Source of the DNA: the human T2T-CHM13v2.0 reference genome, Homo sapiens
Length of the DNA: 64,000 nt
Assembly (NCBI RefSeq): GCF_009914755.1
Contig: NC_060933.1
Reading direction: 5' to 3' (one strand)
Shown here piece by piece: positions 14,845-29,029 of this stretch. A program made the position numbers and the translations under genes. Every line of letters starts with the position of its first letter. The stretch's first letter is position 1. The notes under the pieces were generated by a model. The model was not told where the DNA came from, searched no databases, and was given only the letters and a program-made list of their open reading frames with translations.

Positions 14845-15259
14845 ATCCTCCACACATGCTGATAACTTTTTGCCACCAACACCCTTGTCTCTCATGTTTG
14901 CCCCCCTTGCTCCATGGTTTTCTCTGGAGCCATGGGAACTTTCTGAGTCTACACGTAAGGTATCCTGAGCATGCCAGGAATGTAACACTCTCAGAAACAA
15001 TCCTTATTCAATGAGAAATAGAAATCAGTGGATAAAATCCTCAACTTCCTTGTCCCTCAGTGAAACAATTCTGAGATACAGTCATTATCTTCCTCAGGGA
15101 ATTTTAATTAGGATTGAGCCTCAGATGCTCACACAGGTACTTTCTGCTTTCACCTGACTGTTCCCGGCCCCACTTTGTTCCTTCTTTCCTTGTACTTTCT
15201 GTGATCACCTCCCAAATAAACAACTCAAGGGTACCTTGGGGGAATCTAAAGTAAAACAT
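14845..15259 (+). mobile_element. LTR16-family (ERVL) solo LTR
   Basis: 3' end 'gatcacctcccaaataaacaactcaaggg...gggggaatctaaagtaaaaca' and internal 'ggataaaatcctcaacttccttgtccctcagtgaaacaattctgag'. Confidence 0.65.
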
Positions 15260-15817
15260 AGAAAATAGAATATAGAAATCAAGAAAGCATTTTAAAAAGG
15301 AAAATAAGATAAAATTAAATTTATTTTGACAATAATTTAAATTCTCTCACTGGAAAGATGTTCAGATTGGATCAAATTTCACACTGACTGGAAGAGACAG
15401 TACTAAAACCAACTGACAAAGATAGCTTCAAAATAAAAGAGTGGGCAAAATTTTGATTAAATACAAGGCAAAATAAGGATTTGTTAATATAAATGATAAA
15501 GCAGGCAAAACAGACCTTTTTATATAAATATTAGTTAAATCTAAAAGTTTTGTATCAGACATGGATTCATGTCTGATAGCTTTCAATAGCTTATTACTAC
15601 TTTCAATAGCTTACTGCTATCATTAAAAGGAACAATAAATTAAACATTCACGAACGGAAGGAATAATTTTACAGATTGAAAAGGCATAAACTACCAAGTT
15701 ATATATTTGTAGATAACACTTACTGGTATATTGACATTTGAGTATGTTAGAAATGCAGTAACATCCTAGATCCTTCAATCTATTAAACTTTAACAATATT
15801 AAATGGTAAAAGAAATT

Positions 15818-16152
15818 ATACTAGTCCATTCAGGCTGCTATAACAAAATACCATAAGTGGGTGACTTATAACTTACAGAAATTTATATTTCATAGTTCTG
15901 GAGTCTGGGAAGTCCAAATTGAGGCAGATTTGGTGTCTTGTGAGGGCTTACTTTCTGGTTCATAAATCACACCTAGCTGTGTCCTCACATAATGGAAGGG
16001 GTGAGGAAGCTCTTTGGGCCTCTTCTATAAGGACACTGACCCTATTTATGATGCCTCTAATCTCATGACCTAATCATCTCCTAATACCCTCACCTTGAGG
16101 ACAAGCATTTCAACATATGAATTTGGGGGGACACAAATCAGGAACAAGCTAT
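15818..16152 (-). mobile_element. MLT1A/MLT1A0 (ERVL-MaLR) solo LTR
   Basis: 'tagtccattcaggctgctataacaaaataccataag...gttctggagtctgggaagtccaa...ttcaacatatgaatttggggggacacaaa'. Confidence 0.85.
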
Positions 16153-16199
16153 GGATTCCCATCATTATACTTTTCATTAAATGTCACTCTGAAAATTTT

Positions 16200-16830
16200 T
16201 GGTTCATATGGAAATAAACTATTAGGAAGGTTTGCACTGCACTGTTTCTCAAGGTAGATAATAAAATTGCATAATACAAAACAAAAGACAGCAAACTGAG
16301 AAGCTATTAGAACACAAGTAACCGAAGTGAAAAAAATTTGCAAATATTCTAAAAATAAAATAAAAAATAAAATTCCATTCATAATAGCATAGAGACCTTA
16401 AAATATTTGTTACTGATATGAGGAAATTTACAAAAAAATTATTATTGAGTGACATCTAATAAGACATAGAAAAATTATATCATACTTTGGATTAAAAAAA
16501 ACTGAGTCTTGAAAAATTTCAAAAATCCCCAAATGAATTACGGGGTTAACATATTTAAATAAAATTTATTTTGGAAATTGAATAAAGGCTTTCTAGATTA
16601 GTTTATCTGGGAGGACCATAAAGTGTGGCAGAACTAAGAATTTCAGAAAAATGTTTAATAATACATTCTACTAAAAATATAAAGTGTGTCATATTAATTA
16701 AAAGCAGCATAGTACAATTTTTTAAAATCAGACTATTTTGTATATGAATTTAAGTGTCATCAATATGCAGTTAGATCAATACCTTAAAATACAAACTAAG
16801 TATAACTAAGATGAAGAAAAGAAGTATTTT
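16200..16830 (+). mobile_element. Old L1M ORF2 fragment
   Basis: 'aaaattccattcataatagcat...aaatattt...gatatgaggaaatttac' is a degenerate ORF2 post-RT region. Confidence 0.45.
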
Positions 16831-17249
16831 AAAAAAAAGTAAAATAAGGGACTCAGGAAGGATAGGCTAAGGTCAGCAAATGTAACGTTGTTGGGTGATA
16901 TGTGAAGCTGTTTCTGCCCCTTTCCCAACAATGCTTGGTGGCTTGTAAGGCTGAGGTTAAGAACATCTGAAAGCAGGTTATTAGGGAAAACTCTGAGCAC
17001 TGAACTGAATATCCGTTTGCTGTCCATCAGCATGAAGCCTTGTGTGTTGTATTGATGACACGAAATGGAAAGCATCTCAAGCTATGAGGACTGAAAAAGA
17101 AGCCAGGAACCATGAAGTTCTTCAGGTTGGAGCACATTGTTTCTTCTCATTAGGGCAAATTATGAAAAGAGTAGGAATTAATTTTCCAGCATTGTGTATA
17201 AAAAGAATTTGGTTTAGAATAAAATATCATAAAATAAATACACAGCAAA

Positions 17250-18400
17250 AATTTTAACCTTTCCTAGAACTAAAAGATTTGCATTTCTGGAATTATAAGA
17301 GCCAGCCAAATGCCTAGCAAAATGAAGAAAAATGTTCACTCTTGTGAATTCTTAGAATACCAACAATAAAGAGAAGATCCTAAAGAATTCTGGAGAAAAG
17401 TCAATCAAGCAATCAGACAAACAAAATTGGATTTTATGTAAAGGATGAAGGTCACAATGGCATTGAATTTCTCATTGGCAAAACTGGAGAGTGGAAGACA
17501 ATGAAGCAACATTTTGAAAATCTGTAATTTTAATGAATTTCCTCTGGAAGCTCATCCAAAAAATGGGAGGTAAAGAAAGGAGAGAAGGGAAGGGAATTTA
17601 CAGCATGATGTTGAAGGGAACTCCCAGGATAGTGATTATTTGGAAGGCTAGAGTGAGAGCTATTCCAACAGGATATTGGAGGAGTCCAGGGTGGATGTTT
17701 CAAAAGGAAAAAAATCTCCAGGTGTTTGGCCAAATGGAAATAAGTCTTAGTGTTCTGTATGAGAGTTTGGGGATAAACTGAAGCTAAATACATAGAAAAC
17801 TAAGGAAACAGAAAATGAGATAATTATTATATCCAAGAAAAATAGAGAGAAATTTTTTAAGAGCATAAATATAAATCTAGTGTACATTTTGCCTCATAAT
17901 AGTTTTCAGTCACCTGGTTACATAAATATGGATACCAAACACTGATTTAAAATAATATTTGAGGTGATAGATATGCTAATTGAAACATTACATTGTATCC
18001 ATATATAAATACAATTATTTGTTAATGAAAAATAAAACCTTTAAAAAGTTTTTACCTAAAAGCAAAAAAAAAAAAAAAAAAAAAGCAATGCTATACAAGT
18101 ATATTGAGAAGGTAGGGGATGAAAAGTGTGTATGCTAGAGGAGGTACAGGAGTTAAATCTTAACATTTTAATGCATGAGTTAATGCATAATTATTTTTAA
18201 TTTTAAAAATATGAAAATATTGATTTCTCTCACACACACACGCACGCAAATACACAAACCTGTTAAAACTGTTGAAGGCTATTCTCCCTGTAGAATGAGA
18301 TTTAAGGGTAAGTAGGGTACAGGAGTGAGGATTGTGGGTTTTTTTTTCGCATCATACATTCATATACTTTTATCTTGCATAAAAATGGTATAATTTGTAT
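17250..18400 (+). mobile_element. HAL1-like / old L1 ORF1 region with a small L1MA 3' fragment (~17955-18040) and an A20 tract
   Basis: 'ttcctagaactaaaagat...aataaagagaagatcctaaa...ggaagacaatgaagcaacattttgaaaatctg' is ORF1-like; 'gggaactcccaggatagtg' is HAL1-like. Confidence 0.55.
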
Positions 18401-18695
18401 ACATTGTTTTATATGTCTTTTTCTGTACTTAAAAGTTTTAGATTACCAGAACACACAGCTCCTCTCCTTGGTAAATAACCTAGGGAAAAGGTTAAGAACC
18501 TAAGTAGGTGGGAAATACAATTTATACTGTCAAGGATACCTGGGCATAAATGCAAAGGGATCATGACATCACTCCCACCTTGTGAAGCCAGCTTGTCCAT
18601 TGGCCTGGTGGGCAAAGTGGGCAGGGAGATGTGGGTGGGGGGTAGGAGGTAGACTGGAAGAGGAGGAGACACCTTGGAAGTTATCAATGAGGGTG

Positions 18696-19945
<1,250 letters not shown>

Positions 19946-19949
<4 letters not shown>

Positions 19950-20926
19950 TCCCATACCTAACATCATGCTAAATGGGCAAAAGCTGAAAAAATTCCTCAT
20001 TCCAACAAGACAAGCATGCCTACTCTCACCACTCCTATTCAACTTAGTAACTGGAAGCCAATTACTCTTTAGCCAGAGGCAAGAGAAAGAAATAAAAGGC
20101 ATCCAATAGGAAGAGAGGAAGTCATAACCAAGAAGGTTAAAGATCTCTACAGCAAAAATTACAAAACACTGCTGAAAAAAATCAAAGATGACACAAACAA
20201 ATGGAAAAACATTCTATGCTCAGGATAGGAAGACTTAATATTGTTAAAGAGGCCATACTGCCCAAGGCAATTTACTATTAAACTACCAATGTAATTTTTC
20301 ACAGAATTAGAAAAATTATTCTAAAATTCATATGGAACTAAAAACAAAACAAAAGAAAGACAACCAAATAGCCAAAGCAATCCCAAGTAAAAAGAACAGG
20401 GCCAGAGGCAACACACTACTTGACTTCAAACTATACTACAAGGCTACCATAACCAAAATAGCATGGTAAAATACACATAGTCTATGTGTACTAAAACAGA
20501 CACATAGACCAATGGAATAGGTCAGGGAACCCAGAAATAAGGCTGCACACCTACAACTATCGGATCGTCAACAAAGTTGACGATAACAAGCAATGGGGAA
20601 AGGATTTCCTATTTAATAAATAGTGCTGGGATAACTGACTAGCTATATGCCAAAGATTGAAACTGGATCCCTACCTTTCACCATATTAAAAAAAATCAAC
20701 TCAAGATGGATTAAAGACTTAAATGTAAAACCCAAAACTATAAAATCGCTAGAAGGAAATCTAGGAAATACCATTCTGGACACAGGACTTGGCAAAGATT
20801 TTATGACAAAGTCTCCAAAGGCAATTGCAACAAAAACAAATATTGACCAGTGGGACCTAATTAAACTAAAGACCTTCTGAACAGCAAAAGAAACCATCAA
20901 CAGAGTAAGCAATCTATAGAATGGGA
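19946..20926 (+). mobile_element. Inverted L1 ORF2 segment of the same L1PA15/16 insertion
   Basis: Starts at 'acaatcccatacctaacatcatgctaaatgggcaaaagctg' (KPTANIILNGQKL region); ORF 20647-20880 [18 protein letters not shown] is L1 ORF2; ends at 'agaatggga'. Confidence 0.88.
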
Positions 20927-21239
20927 CTGTTGGTTTTCATTATAAGCTATGAAGTAGAATTTGATTTTTAAAACTATATATGTATATTACTTTGATATAA
21001 ATAAAAACCTAAAAAGGCACTAAAATGCATTGTAGAATCAAAGTTATGAGAGAGTAAAGAATGGCACATTTTTGTGACTTTTGTCCTAGCAACTAGATCT
21101 GTAGGTCCTTCCTAAGTTGGGCTATGTTTCCCAGAGAGGTAAGGGCAAAAAAGACTCCTTAAGGATATATATCTGAGTTAGACTTATCTGGACTCATAAC
21201 AAATTTCATAAGAAAACAGGAGTTTTTGAAGTTTTTAAT

Positions 21240-21482
21240 AGCAAAACTTTAGAAAAAATAAATTTAACAGAGGTTAATTGATAAAATAATGATTTGAGAA
21301 TCAGAAAGCACCCCCCACCACTCAAACCAGAATAGATTCAGAGAGACTCTATCACTGCCACATGGTGGGAAGAAATTTATGGACAGAAAGAAAAAGTGAT
21401 GTGTAGAATCTGGAAATGGAAATGGGGTACAGAAACAGCTCAGTTGGTTACAGCTCAGTGTTTGCCTTATTTGAACATGGTT
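21240..21482 (-). mobile_element. MER57-like (ERV1) LTR 3' fragment
   Basis: 'aaaactttagaaaaaataaatttaacagag...atttatggacagaaagaaaaagtga...gtacagaaacagctcagttggttacagctcagtgtttgccttatttgaaca'. Confidence 0.7.
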
Positions 21483-22419
21483 TTCACAGATTTTGTTATC
21501 CAAGGTAGGTCCTGTATCCAATCTCCCAGGGATATGAGAGATGACTGTATTTTCCTAGTTAGCTGAGAGGAATCTAGTGTCCTGAGCTCTTCTTGGCTGT
21601 TTGAAAAATGGCTCTGTATCTGGAAATGCCATCAGCTACATAGCTAAAGCTTCTGGAATAATGGTCTTCGTTCTCTGAGGCTGGCTGTCGAGATTAGTGA
21701 ATGAACTCTGGGGAGTGACAAGATGTCAGAGAATATGGTTTGATCATCCTCACACCCAGCCCCTTTCAAAGAAAAACATATTGAGCTAAAAGACAACATC
21801 ATCAACAACAAATCAGTATATTAGAATTACCTGAAACAGCTTCTAATCATTTCAGGGCATGGGTCAATATTGTGGATAATCACCAATTAGAAACATTGCT
21901 TCATTCTAGCCAGTTTCTTCAAGGAATGTCTTCCATCCGTGCTATGCATTATGATGGAATATTTTGTAGAAGTGCTATGTAAACAGCTTGTACCACCACA
22001 GAACACGGAAATTCTTAACAAACATGTACTGCTTAAGTGCATGCTAATGCCACTTTTTTCATTTTGTCAATGTAATACAGCATATTTAATGCATTCAGTA
22101 TAGTCTGTTGCGACTGAAACAGTTATCCTTTAGTGTCCCAGAAGTCTAATTACAAGCTAGCTATTCTCTTTATCTATGTTCTGATAGCTTCTCTATTAGA
22201 ATAAAGAAACTGTGTAATAGAATGACTTTTGACTGTGTGTTTCAATGTTAATAAGATGAGGTTTAACTGCTTCTACAAGTTTATCTCTCTTCTAACACTT
22301 TGTTGAAATGAGACAGGACAAACTAGTTTTGTTACATTTTATGTAACATTTTAGTACTACCTGCTACCTAATGGTAAAGAGCAATTTTTATTGTTTTCCT
22401 TTGATACTTTTTTTAAAAA

Positions 22420-22640
22420 TTCAAATATTTGATGAGTACCTACAATGTTTCAGACATTGTTATAAGCAGTAAACAAAGTAGACCAAATTTTATTCTCTCA
22501 TGATCTTATTCTAATGGGGAGATATAGAGTACACTAGCATTAAGTAAAATATGTAGTACATTGTAAGGTGATCGTATTATGAAGGAAACTGAAGCAGGAA
22601 GGATAATTAGCTGGCTTGTAATTCAGTAGAATACTTGACT
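22420..22640 (-). mobile_element. L2 3' fragment
   Basis: 'ttcaaatatttgatgagtacctacaatgtttcagacattgtt...ctcatgatcttattctaatgggga'. Confidence 0.55.
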
Positions 22641-22646
22641 TGGAGG

Positions 22647-23009
22647 TGAAATGGTTCCGCTGTGTCTCCACCCAAATCTCATCTTGAATTGTTACTCCCA
22701 TAATCCCCATGTGTTCTTCGAGGGACCCGGTGAGAGGTAATTGAATCATGGGGGAAATTTTTTCCTGTGCTGTTCTCATGATAGTGAATAAGTTTCATGA
22801 GACCTGGTGGTTTTTAAAGGGCAGTTCCGCTACACAGGCTCTCTTGACTGCTGCCGTGCAAGATGTGCCTTTGTTCCTCCTTCACCTTCTGCCATGATTG
22901 TAAGGCCTCCCCAGGTAGGTGGAACTGTGAGTTCATTAAACCTCTTTTTATTTATAAATTCCTCAGTCTCAGGTATTTATTCATAGCAGTATGAAAATGG
23001 ACTAACACA
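22647..23009 (+). mobile_element. THE1D (ERVL-MaLR) solo LTR
   Basis: 'tgaaatggtt...ccacccaaatctcatcttgaattg...gggacccggtgagaggtaattgaatcatggggg...attaaacc...catagcagtatgaaaatggactaacaca'. Confidence 0.88.
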
Positions 23010-23229
23010 GAGGAGAAGTGTGTTTTGAAGACTGGCAGCTACTTACTGATGTCTAAAATTCTACCATTAATGATTTTATGCTTATATATTATTTTACCTC
23101 AGTCGTGAACAAACGTTCCCTTTGAAGGGCTTGGTGGAAAGTATACTGTAACAGAAGACAAATCTAGATTTTAGTTTCACTCAGGCTGCCTTTGACTTTT
23201 TTTTTTTAATTTTTTCTTCCCATATTATC

Positions 23230-23471
23230 CATTCACTAGACTTCCAATAGCATCTAAGGGATAATGATTCCCAATTCATTTCTCTAGACTTGACTTATAT
23301 CCTAGGCTTCTGGACTTTCTACCCTAAATACTCCATACATATCTCAAAAATCAGCATATTCAAAATTAAACTCACTATCCTATGATTTACAACTTAACAC
23401 ACTTGATCATTTTCCTGAATTCCCAATCTTGTTTAATGGCATCATGGTTAAAATTTCTCATATAATCCAAA
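23230..23471 (+). mobile_element. L2 fragment
   Basis: 'gattcccaaattcatttctctag...catatctcaaaaatcagcatattcaaaattaaactcact'. Confidence 0.55.
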
Positions 23472-26400
23472 GACTCAGTGTTGGTCTTGGTTGTTGGCAG
23501 ATGGGCATTCAGTGGTGGCCATAGCCAGATTGGCCATGGTGAGTGGAAATCCACGTTTCTGAGTCCATGCATTGTCTCCATTCCTGCTACCATGGCTATT
23601 TTTTTTATGAGCCCATTGGGCAATGACAGGGGTGGCAGGGGAAAGAAGCTGACTGGTATACACAGAATGAGTCATCCTATCCTCTTGATTATTACAATCC
23701 TCCTCTGGAGAAGCCATCTTGTGGTGAGCATTCCTATAGAACACAAATATGTTCAGAGGTTTCTTTTTGCCCATTCAGAGAGACTGTCCATATATCTCTT
23801 CCCCAAATTTCTTTGTCACCAATTTTTTAATCATGTTCCTTCCAATTACCTGACCATGCAGTCAAACTATGCTTTACTGGCCATGAATTGGTATGCAATT
23901 TCATGTCTGGCCATTTTTCCTTTCAAGCAAAGTGAACAACCAAGTGTACTGCTCAAAATTCTGTCCACTTGGAAGACTTTCTCTTATCACTGTCCTTCAG
24001 GGATTTCTCAGAGAGGGACTATAATGCTGCAGCTTTCCACTTTTGGTGGTGCTTGTGTCTTACAGAGAACCATCTGTAAACTAGGTCTGAGTCTTCTCTT
24101 CTTCTGTCATCTAATTGTTAGGAACTTCCCATGAGGTCATAGGCACAGTCTGGGAGGGAGAAGGCAGTGTAGCAGGAGTGGGGACTCTGGGTATTTGGGC
24201 TAATTCTTCTTGTAACTTACTTGGCCTTCAGGGCCTGCTTCAGCCTGATCACATATGTGCCACTTCTATTTGATGATGGAGTGTTGCTGTGCACATCCAA
24301 CTTTATGGCTTTTTGGGTCAAATAAAACTCAGCTGATGAGAGGCAGATCAGGTTGCATGGTAACATGGTAGCCCATGGTCAAGTGTTTAGTCTTTACTAG
24401 GGCCTAGTAGCAGGCCAAGAGCTATCTCTCTTCTTCTGCTGCAGGTGATAGCAGGGTGTTACTCCAAAATAATAAAGGACTGTGTTTAATTTTACTTATA
24501 GGTGCCTTCCCAATCCTTCAAACAACATTCCTATTTGGCAGTGATGATTCAGGGACCATTGGATCTGCTAGATCATATGGCCCAAGTGGCAGAGCAGTCT
24601 GTGCAGCAGGCTGGGCCAATTGCAGACCCTTCTTTTTTTCCAAGTCCCATTTAAAACTAGCAGCTTTGGGGGTCATTCAGTAAATGGGCCAGAGTTAACA
24701 CCCTCACATAAGACATATGTGTGTCTAAAATCTAGAGGGCCACTAGACATTGTGCCTCTTTCTTGCTTGTAGGATGGGGCAAATGCCCAAACTTATCCTT
24801 CACCTTAGGATATCTCAACATTCTCCATATCCTGGAAATTTTACTGAAGAAGACTTCTGATTTTAGTTAGATTTATTTCCCACTCTCTGACATCCAATTG
24901 TCTTATTAATAAGTCTAGAGTAGGAGCTACTCCTTGCTAACTAGGACAAATTAGTATAATGACATCAATGTGATGGATTAGTGTGATGTCTTATGGAAAG
25001 AGAAGGCAATTAAGATCCTTGCAAACTAAACTATTACATGGGGCTGGAGAGTGGTTATATCCCTGATGTAGGACAGTGAAGGCATATTACTAGCCTTGCC
25101 AGCTGGAAGCAAACTACTTTGGAGGGCCTTATGGACAGGCATGGAGAAAAAGATATTTGCCAAAGCAATAGCTGTGTAACAGATACAAGGGGATGTGTTA
25201 ATTTTCTCAAGTAATGAAACCACATCTGGCACAGCAGCTGCAATTGATGTCACCACCTGGTAGAGTATATAATAATCCACTACCATTCTTCAAATCCATC
25301 TGTCTTCTGTATAGGACAAATAGGAGAGTTAAATGGGAATGTGGTGGGACTCACCACCCCTGCATCTTTCACATCCTTGATGATGGCACTAATCTCGGCA
25401 GTCCCCTCCAGGAATGTAGTATGGCTTTTAGCATAGTACTTTTCTGATAGAGATAGTTCTAATGGATCCCAATTAGCCTTTCCCACCATAACAGACCTCA
25501 TTCCAGAGGTCAGAGAACTAGTGTGGGGATTCTTCCAGAAGCTAAGTATGTCTATTGTAGTTATGCATTCTGGAACTGGAAAGATGCCACAGAATAGGGT
25601 TGGGGACCCACTAGACCTATTGTGAGAAGAACCTGAGCTAAAACTCAGTTGATCATCTGACCTCTATGTGCCTTTACACTGACTAGTGGGCCTCAGTGAT
25701 GTTTTGGGTCTCCTTGAATTAGTGTCAGTTCAGAACCAGTATCCAGTAGTTCCCAAATGATCTAATTATTTCATTTACCCTAATGTACATTTACTCTAGT
25801 AAAAGGCTGTAGATGCCTTTGGGGAAAGCTGGGAGAAAGACTGGTGATATCTTTGACAATGTTCTTCTCAAGGAGTCCTGTCCTCACGTGCATTCAAGGG
25901 ATTCTACGTCTGTAAACTGGTTTAAAATTTGGAATTGATTGAGGGGCCATAACTGTATTTTTTTAAAGTTTACATTAGACTTTTACCTGGAAATGTTCTG
26001 CTCATACATATCAAACAATTTGGTATACTTTCTATCTGTTTCACTTTTAGAAACATCATGATCAATTAACTAATGCCATAATTCTACATAAGTTAAACTA
26101 GTCTGACTGTTGCTTTGATTCTGCTTTTCATCATTGGTAACCCTGCCCATTGTGACTTCGTGGTTGAGTTCTGCAACCTGACCCCTGCCATCCTGGGATC
26201 CAGTTACTCTTTTAGGTTTCCCAATTCAGTGACAGTAGCTCATATTAGGAGGACTGGCATACAGAGAAGAATACTCACAGAGCTCTTATTGTTGAAATAT
26301 ATGTCTTCTGCATCCTTCCAATGTGGGTGAGTAGGGTTTAAGTGACAAATCCACATAAATATTTCAAATTTGCTCATGCTGAGCCATCTTTTGGTCCATG

Positions 26401-27205
26401 TTTCAGCCAACTAACCAATCAAACAGTTAGAGCCCTTTCTAATTCCCTGAGCTGCAACATTACATGCAAAATCTCCACTTAGTGTGTCCACGTCGATGAA
26501 TTCGGACTGATCCAACTTTATGTTCCGTCCAGTAACATCCCACACCCTTAGCATCCATTCCCCCACACATTCCCTGGATTTCTTTCTGTATAAATCAGGA
26601 AACTGAAGTAGTTCCTTTGAAGTATGGCTCACCTCTTCATGTGTCACACATTGTACCTCACTTGGAGGGGCCTGCTGGGATTTGAATCTAGTTGTACATC
26701 TAGAAGCAAAGAGGCATGATGGGGGTGAGTCCTGAGGAGAATCAGCATTGCCTTGCATGGCAACTGCCTCAGGGAAGGTCATTACTGTTTCCTCAGACAT
26801 TGTAGTGCTAATACCCTCAAATAGAGATGGAAAGGACAATGCCACTGTGAATGAAGAGGATGATACCACTGGAGGTGAGTATGTCACTTCCACTGAGGAT
26901 GGGGATGCTGCTTTTGCTTGGGTTGAGGAGACCAGTTCCTCTGAGTGTAGGGAGACCTCGTCTTCCACTGGTAAAAAATAAAAAACACTCATCAGATTTA
27001 CAGGTTTATTGTCCCCAGCTTAATAATGATGATCCCACATATCCCCATTCCAATTTACAGGATTCTATTCCCAATTAATGCCCTCACTTTAAGAGTAGAC
27101 ACCCTGTGAGCTGTGGAATACGGCTTGTGTTTTAATTTAGCTAGTAATAAGATGAGGTTCTGCATTTGATCTTCAGCAACTTCAGCCCTGCAGCTACAGG
27201 AGATA
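23472..27205 (-). mobile_element. ERV-L (HERV-L/ERVL-type) internal remnant: gag-pro-RT-RNaseH-integrase N-terminus, no LTRs, frameshifted
   Basis: Minus-strand ORFs: gag 'EWMLRVWDVTGRNIKLDQSEFID' (26411-26992); RT 'PFNSPICPIQKTDG' and 'IAAAVPDVVSLLEKINTSP' (25026-25501); RNaseH/IN 'DRMTHSV..QLLSPATPVIAQWAH..SHGSR' (23475-23774). Confidence 0.9.
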
Positions 27206-27624
27206 AAGTTAATCATAAGTGGTTAGAGGTATTACCTGCAGGATGGGTACATGAGCTCATGAAGAGCTCTGTAAGACACAAAGTATGGGATAAGGATAGA
27301 ATAACAACACATTAAGTCCTACGGCCAAAAAAAAAAAAAAATGCCAGAAAAAAGATTGTCAGAGAAAAGAGATTCCCCACATTATGACTGCATACAGTAC
27401 TGCCTTGGTATCCTAAGGATGCTAACCCTCTTTTATGGTCATAGTGGAAAGAAAGGATTGCACTAGTGGCATTTTGAACAAAGGACAATGACAAATAGAG
27501 CAGGAGAGGAAAAAAAGGAATCTATTTCTTACCTTATTGGTCAAAATTAGGAGCCCTTTATTCTAATGTGAAAAAAATCACTGATACTCATCCAGAATTT
27601 AGTTTTAAGGATCTTAGGCAAGAT

Positions 27625-27875
27625 GGTTAGTTGGAAAAGTAAACATTCTCTTTGAAATCAAGCAGATCTAGGTTCATATCCCATCTCTTCCAGTTGCTGC
27701 TATGTAATCTGAGAAAATCACACATCTTTTCTGAGTATTAGTTATTTCAAACATTTAATGCAGAACTTATTAAGATTATTATGAACATCACATTACAAAA
27801 GTGTAAAACATAGACCTATGACATGATTTATGGGGTATCATATATACCCAACAACTGGCATTAGTAATAATTACA
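27625..27875 (+). mobile_element. MIR SINE
   Basis: 'ctttgaaatcaagcagatctaggttcatatccc...ctatgtaatctgagaaaatcacacatcttttctgag'. Confidence 0.65.
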
Positions 27876-28769
27876 ACAGCAATAACAGTGAGGTATTTCA
27901 TTAATACCCAAATCTTTAGGAAGAGAAAGGATACAAATTTTGACACCATTCATGAATCTACTTGAAGAAGATACTTAAAAGAAAATAAATGTATTTGCAT
28001 TATTATCTTTGTCAGTCAAACTTAAGATAGCAAGAAGGGAAAGGCAGCCAGAGAAACATGGAAATGACCTATATCATTTTCAGTGTACCTTGGTGGCTGA
28101 TACACGTATCTTAAGTCCAGTAGACTTTTGAGCAAGGTACATTTCATGGTCTGTCTAGAAATACACAAGCACTATTAATAGTCCTGTTTGTATTATCTGT
28201 GAAGTTTCCAGAGCACATAATTTATAGTTATGAGTCTACAGTGTCAACCTATTTTTAATCCAAAGAAAAAAGATTGCATGTATATTTATTTTTCAAGAAG
28301 TAAAAGTTAATAGGAGAGAAGATTCAGGATATCTTGTTTATACATAAATTTACATGTTGAATTATCTATTTGCAGAAGGTAGAATTTACATTTTGACAAA
28401 AAAGTGTTCATTAGTTTTAATTTCTGCTGATGTTGAAAATAATCCAAAGTACAAAAGCAAAAAAAAAAATGTGTGAACTCTTGAACCCTCCCTGAGGTTT
28501 TTTATGTTTGCTGATGTGTAGGCACAGTGATGGTGTCAGGTGTTCATGGCTGTGGAATTGGATGTACAGAACTAAAGACTCCAGGGGTCCTATTGGCAGC
28601 TCATGATCTGGCAATTGGTGAACATTAAAATGAGAAACTCTACCATCATATTTATGTTCAGTAAATCAGGAAATTTCACTGGGGTTCTAGTCAATTTTTT
28701 TAGCTGTCTCTTTTGTAAATAATTTTGCTCAGGTATTAGTTCTAAGACATGAATTTAATACCATAAATG

Positions 28770-28960
28770 AGAATAATGATAATGCTGGTTAATGTTTATT
28801 AATTTTTAATATACGCCAGGTCTCTATGAAGTGCTTTACATGCATTACATTATTTAATCTTAAAGCTGACACTATTACTTAGGTACTATTATAATACACA
28901 CTATAAGGAATCTGAGAGTTACAGGTAATAAGTAAATTGATCAAGATGGAACACAGATCT
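28770..28960 (-). mobile_element. MIR SINE
   Basis: 'gaagtgctttacatgcattacattatttaatctt...aggtactattat...aaggaatctgag'. Confidence 0.65.
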
Positions 28961-29029
28961 GTGGCAATGTTGTTTGTGAGCATATTTTTTTGGCATATTC
29001 ACAAATGCCTAATTCTTGCTTGAGAACAG

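Noticed and set aside
23478-24134. Longest ORF in the window (218 aa, + strand)
   Set aside because: Antisense to ERV-L pol, non-ATG start, no recognisable protein; a shadow ORF
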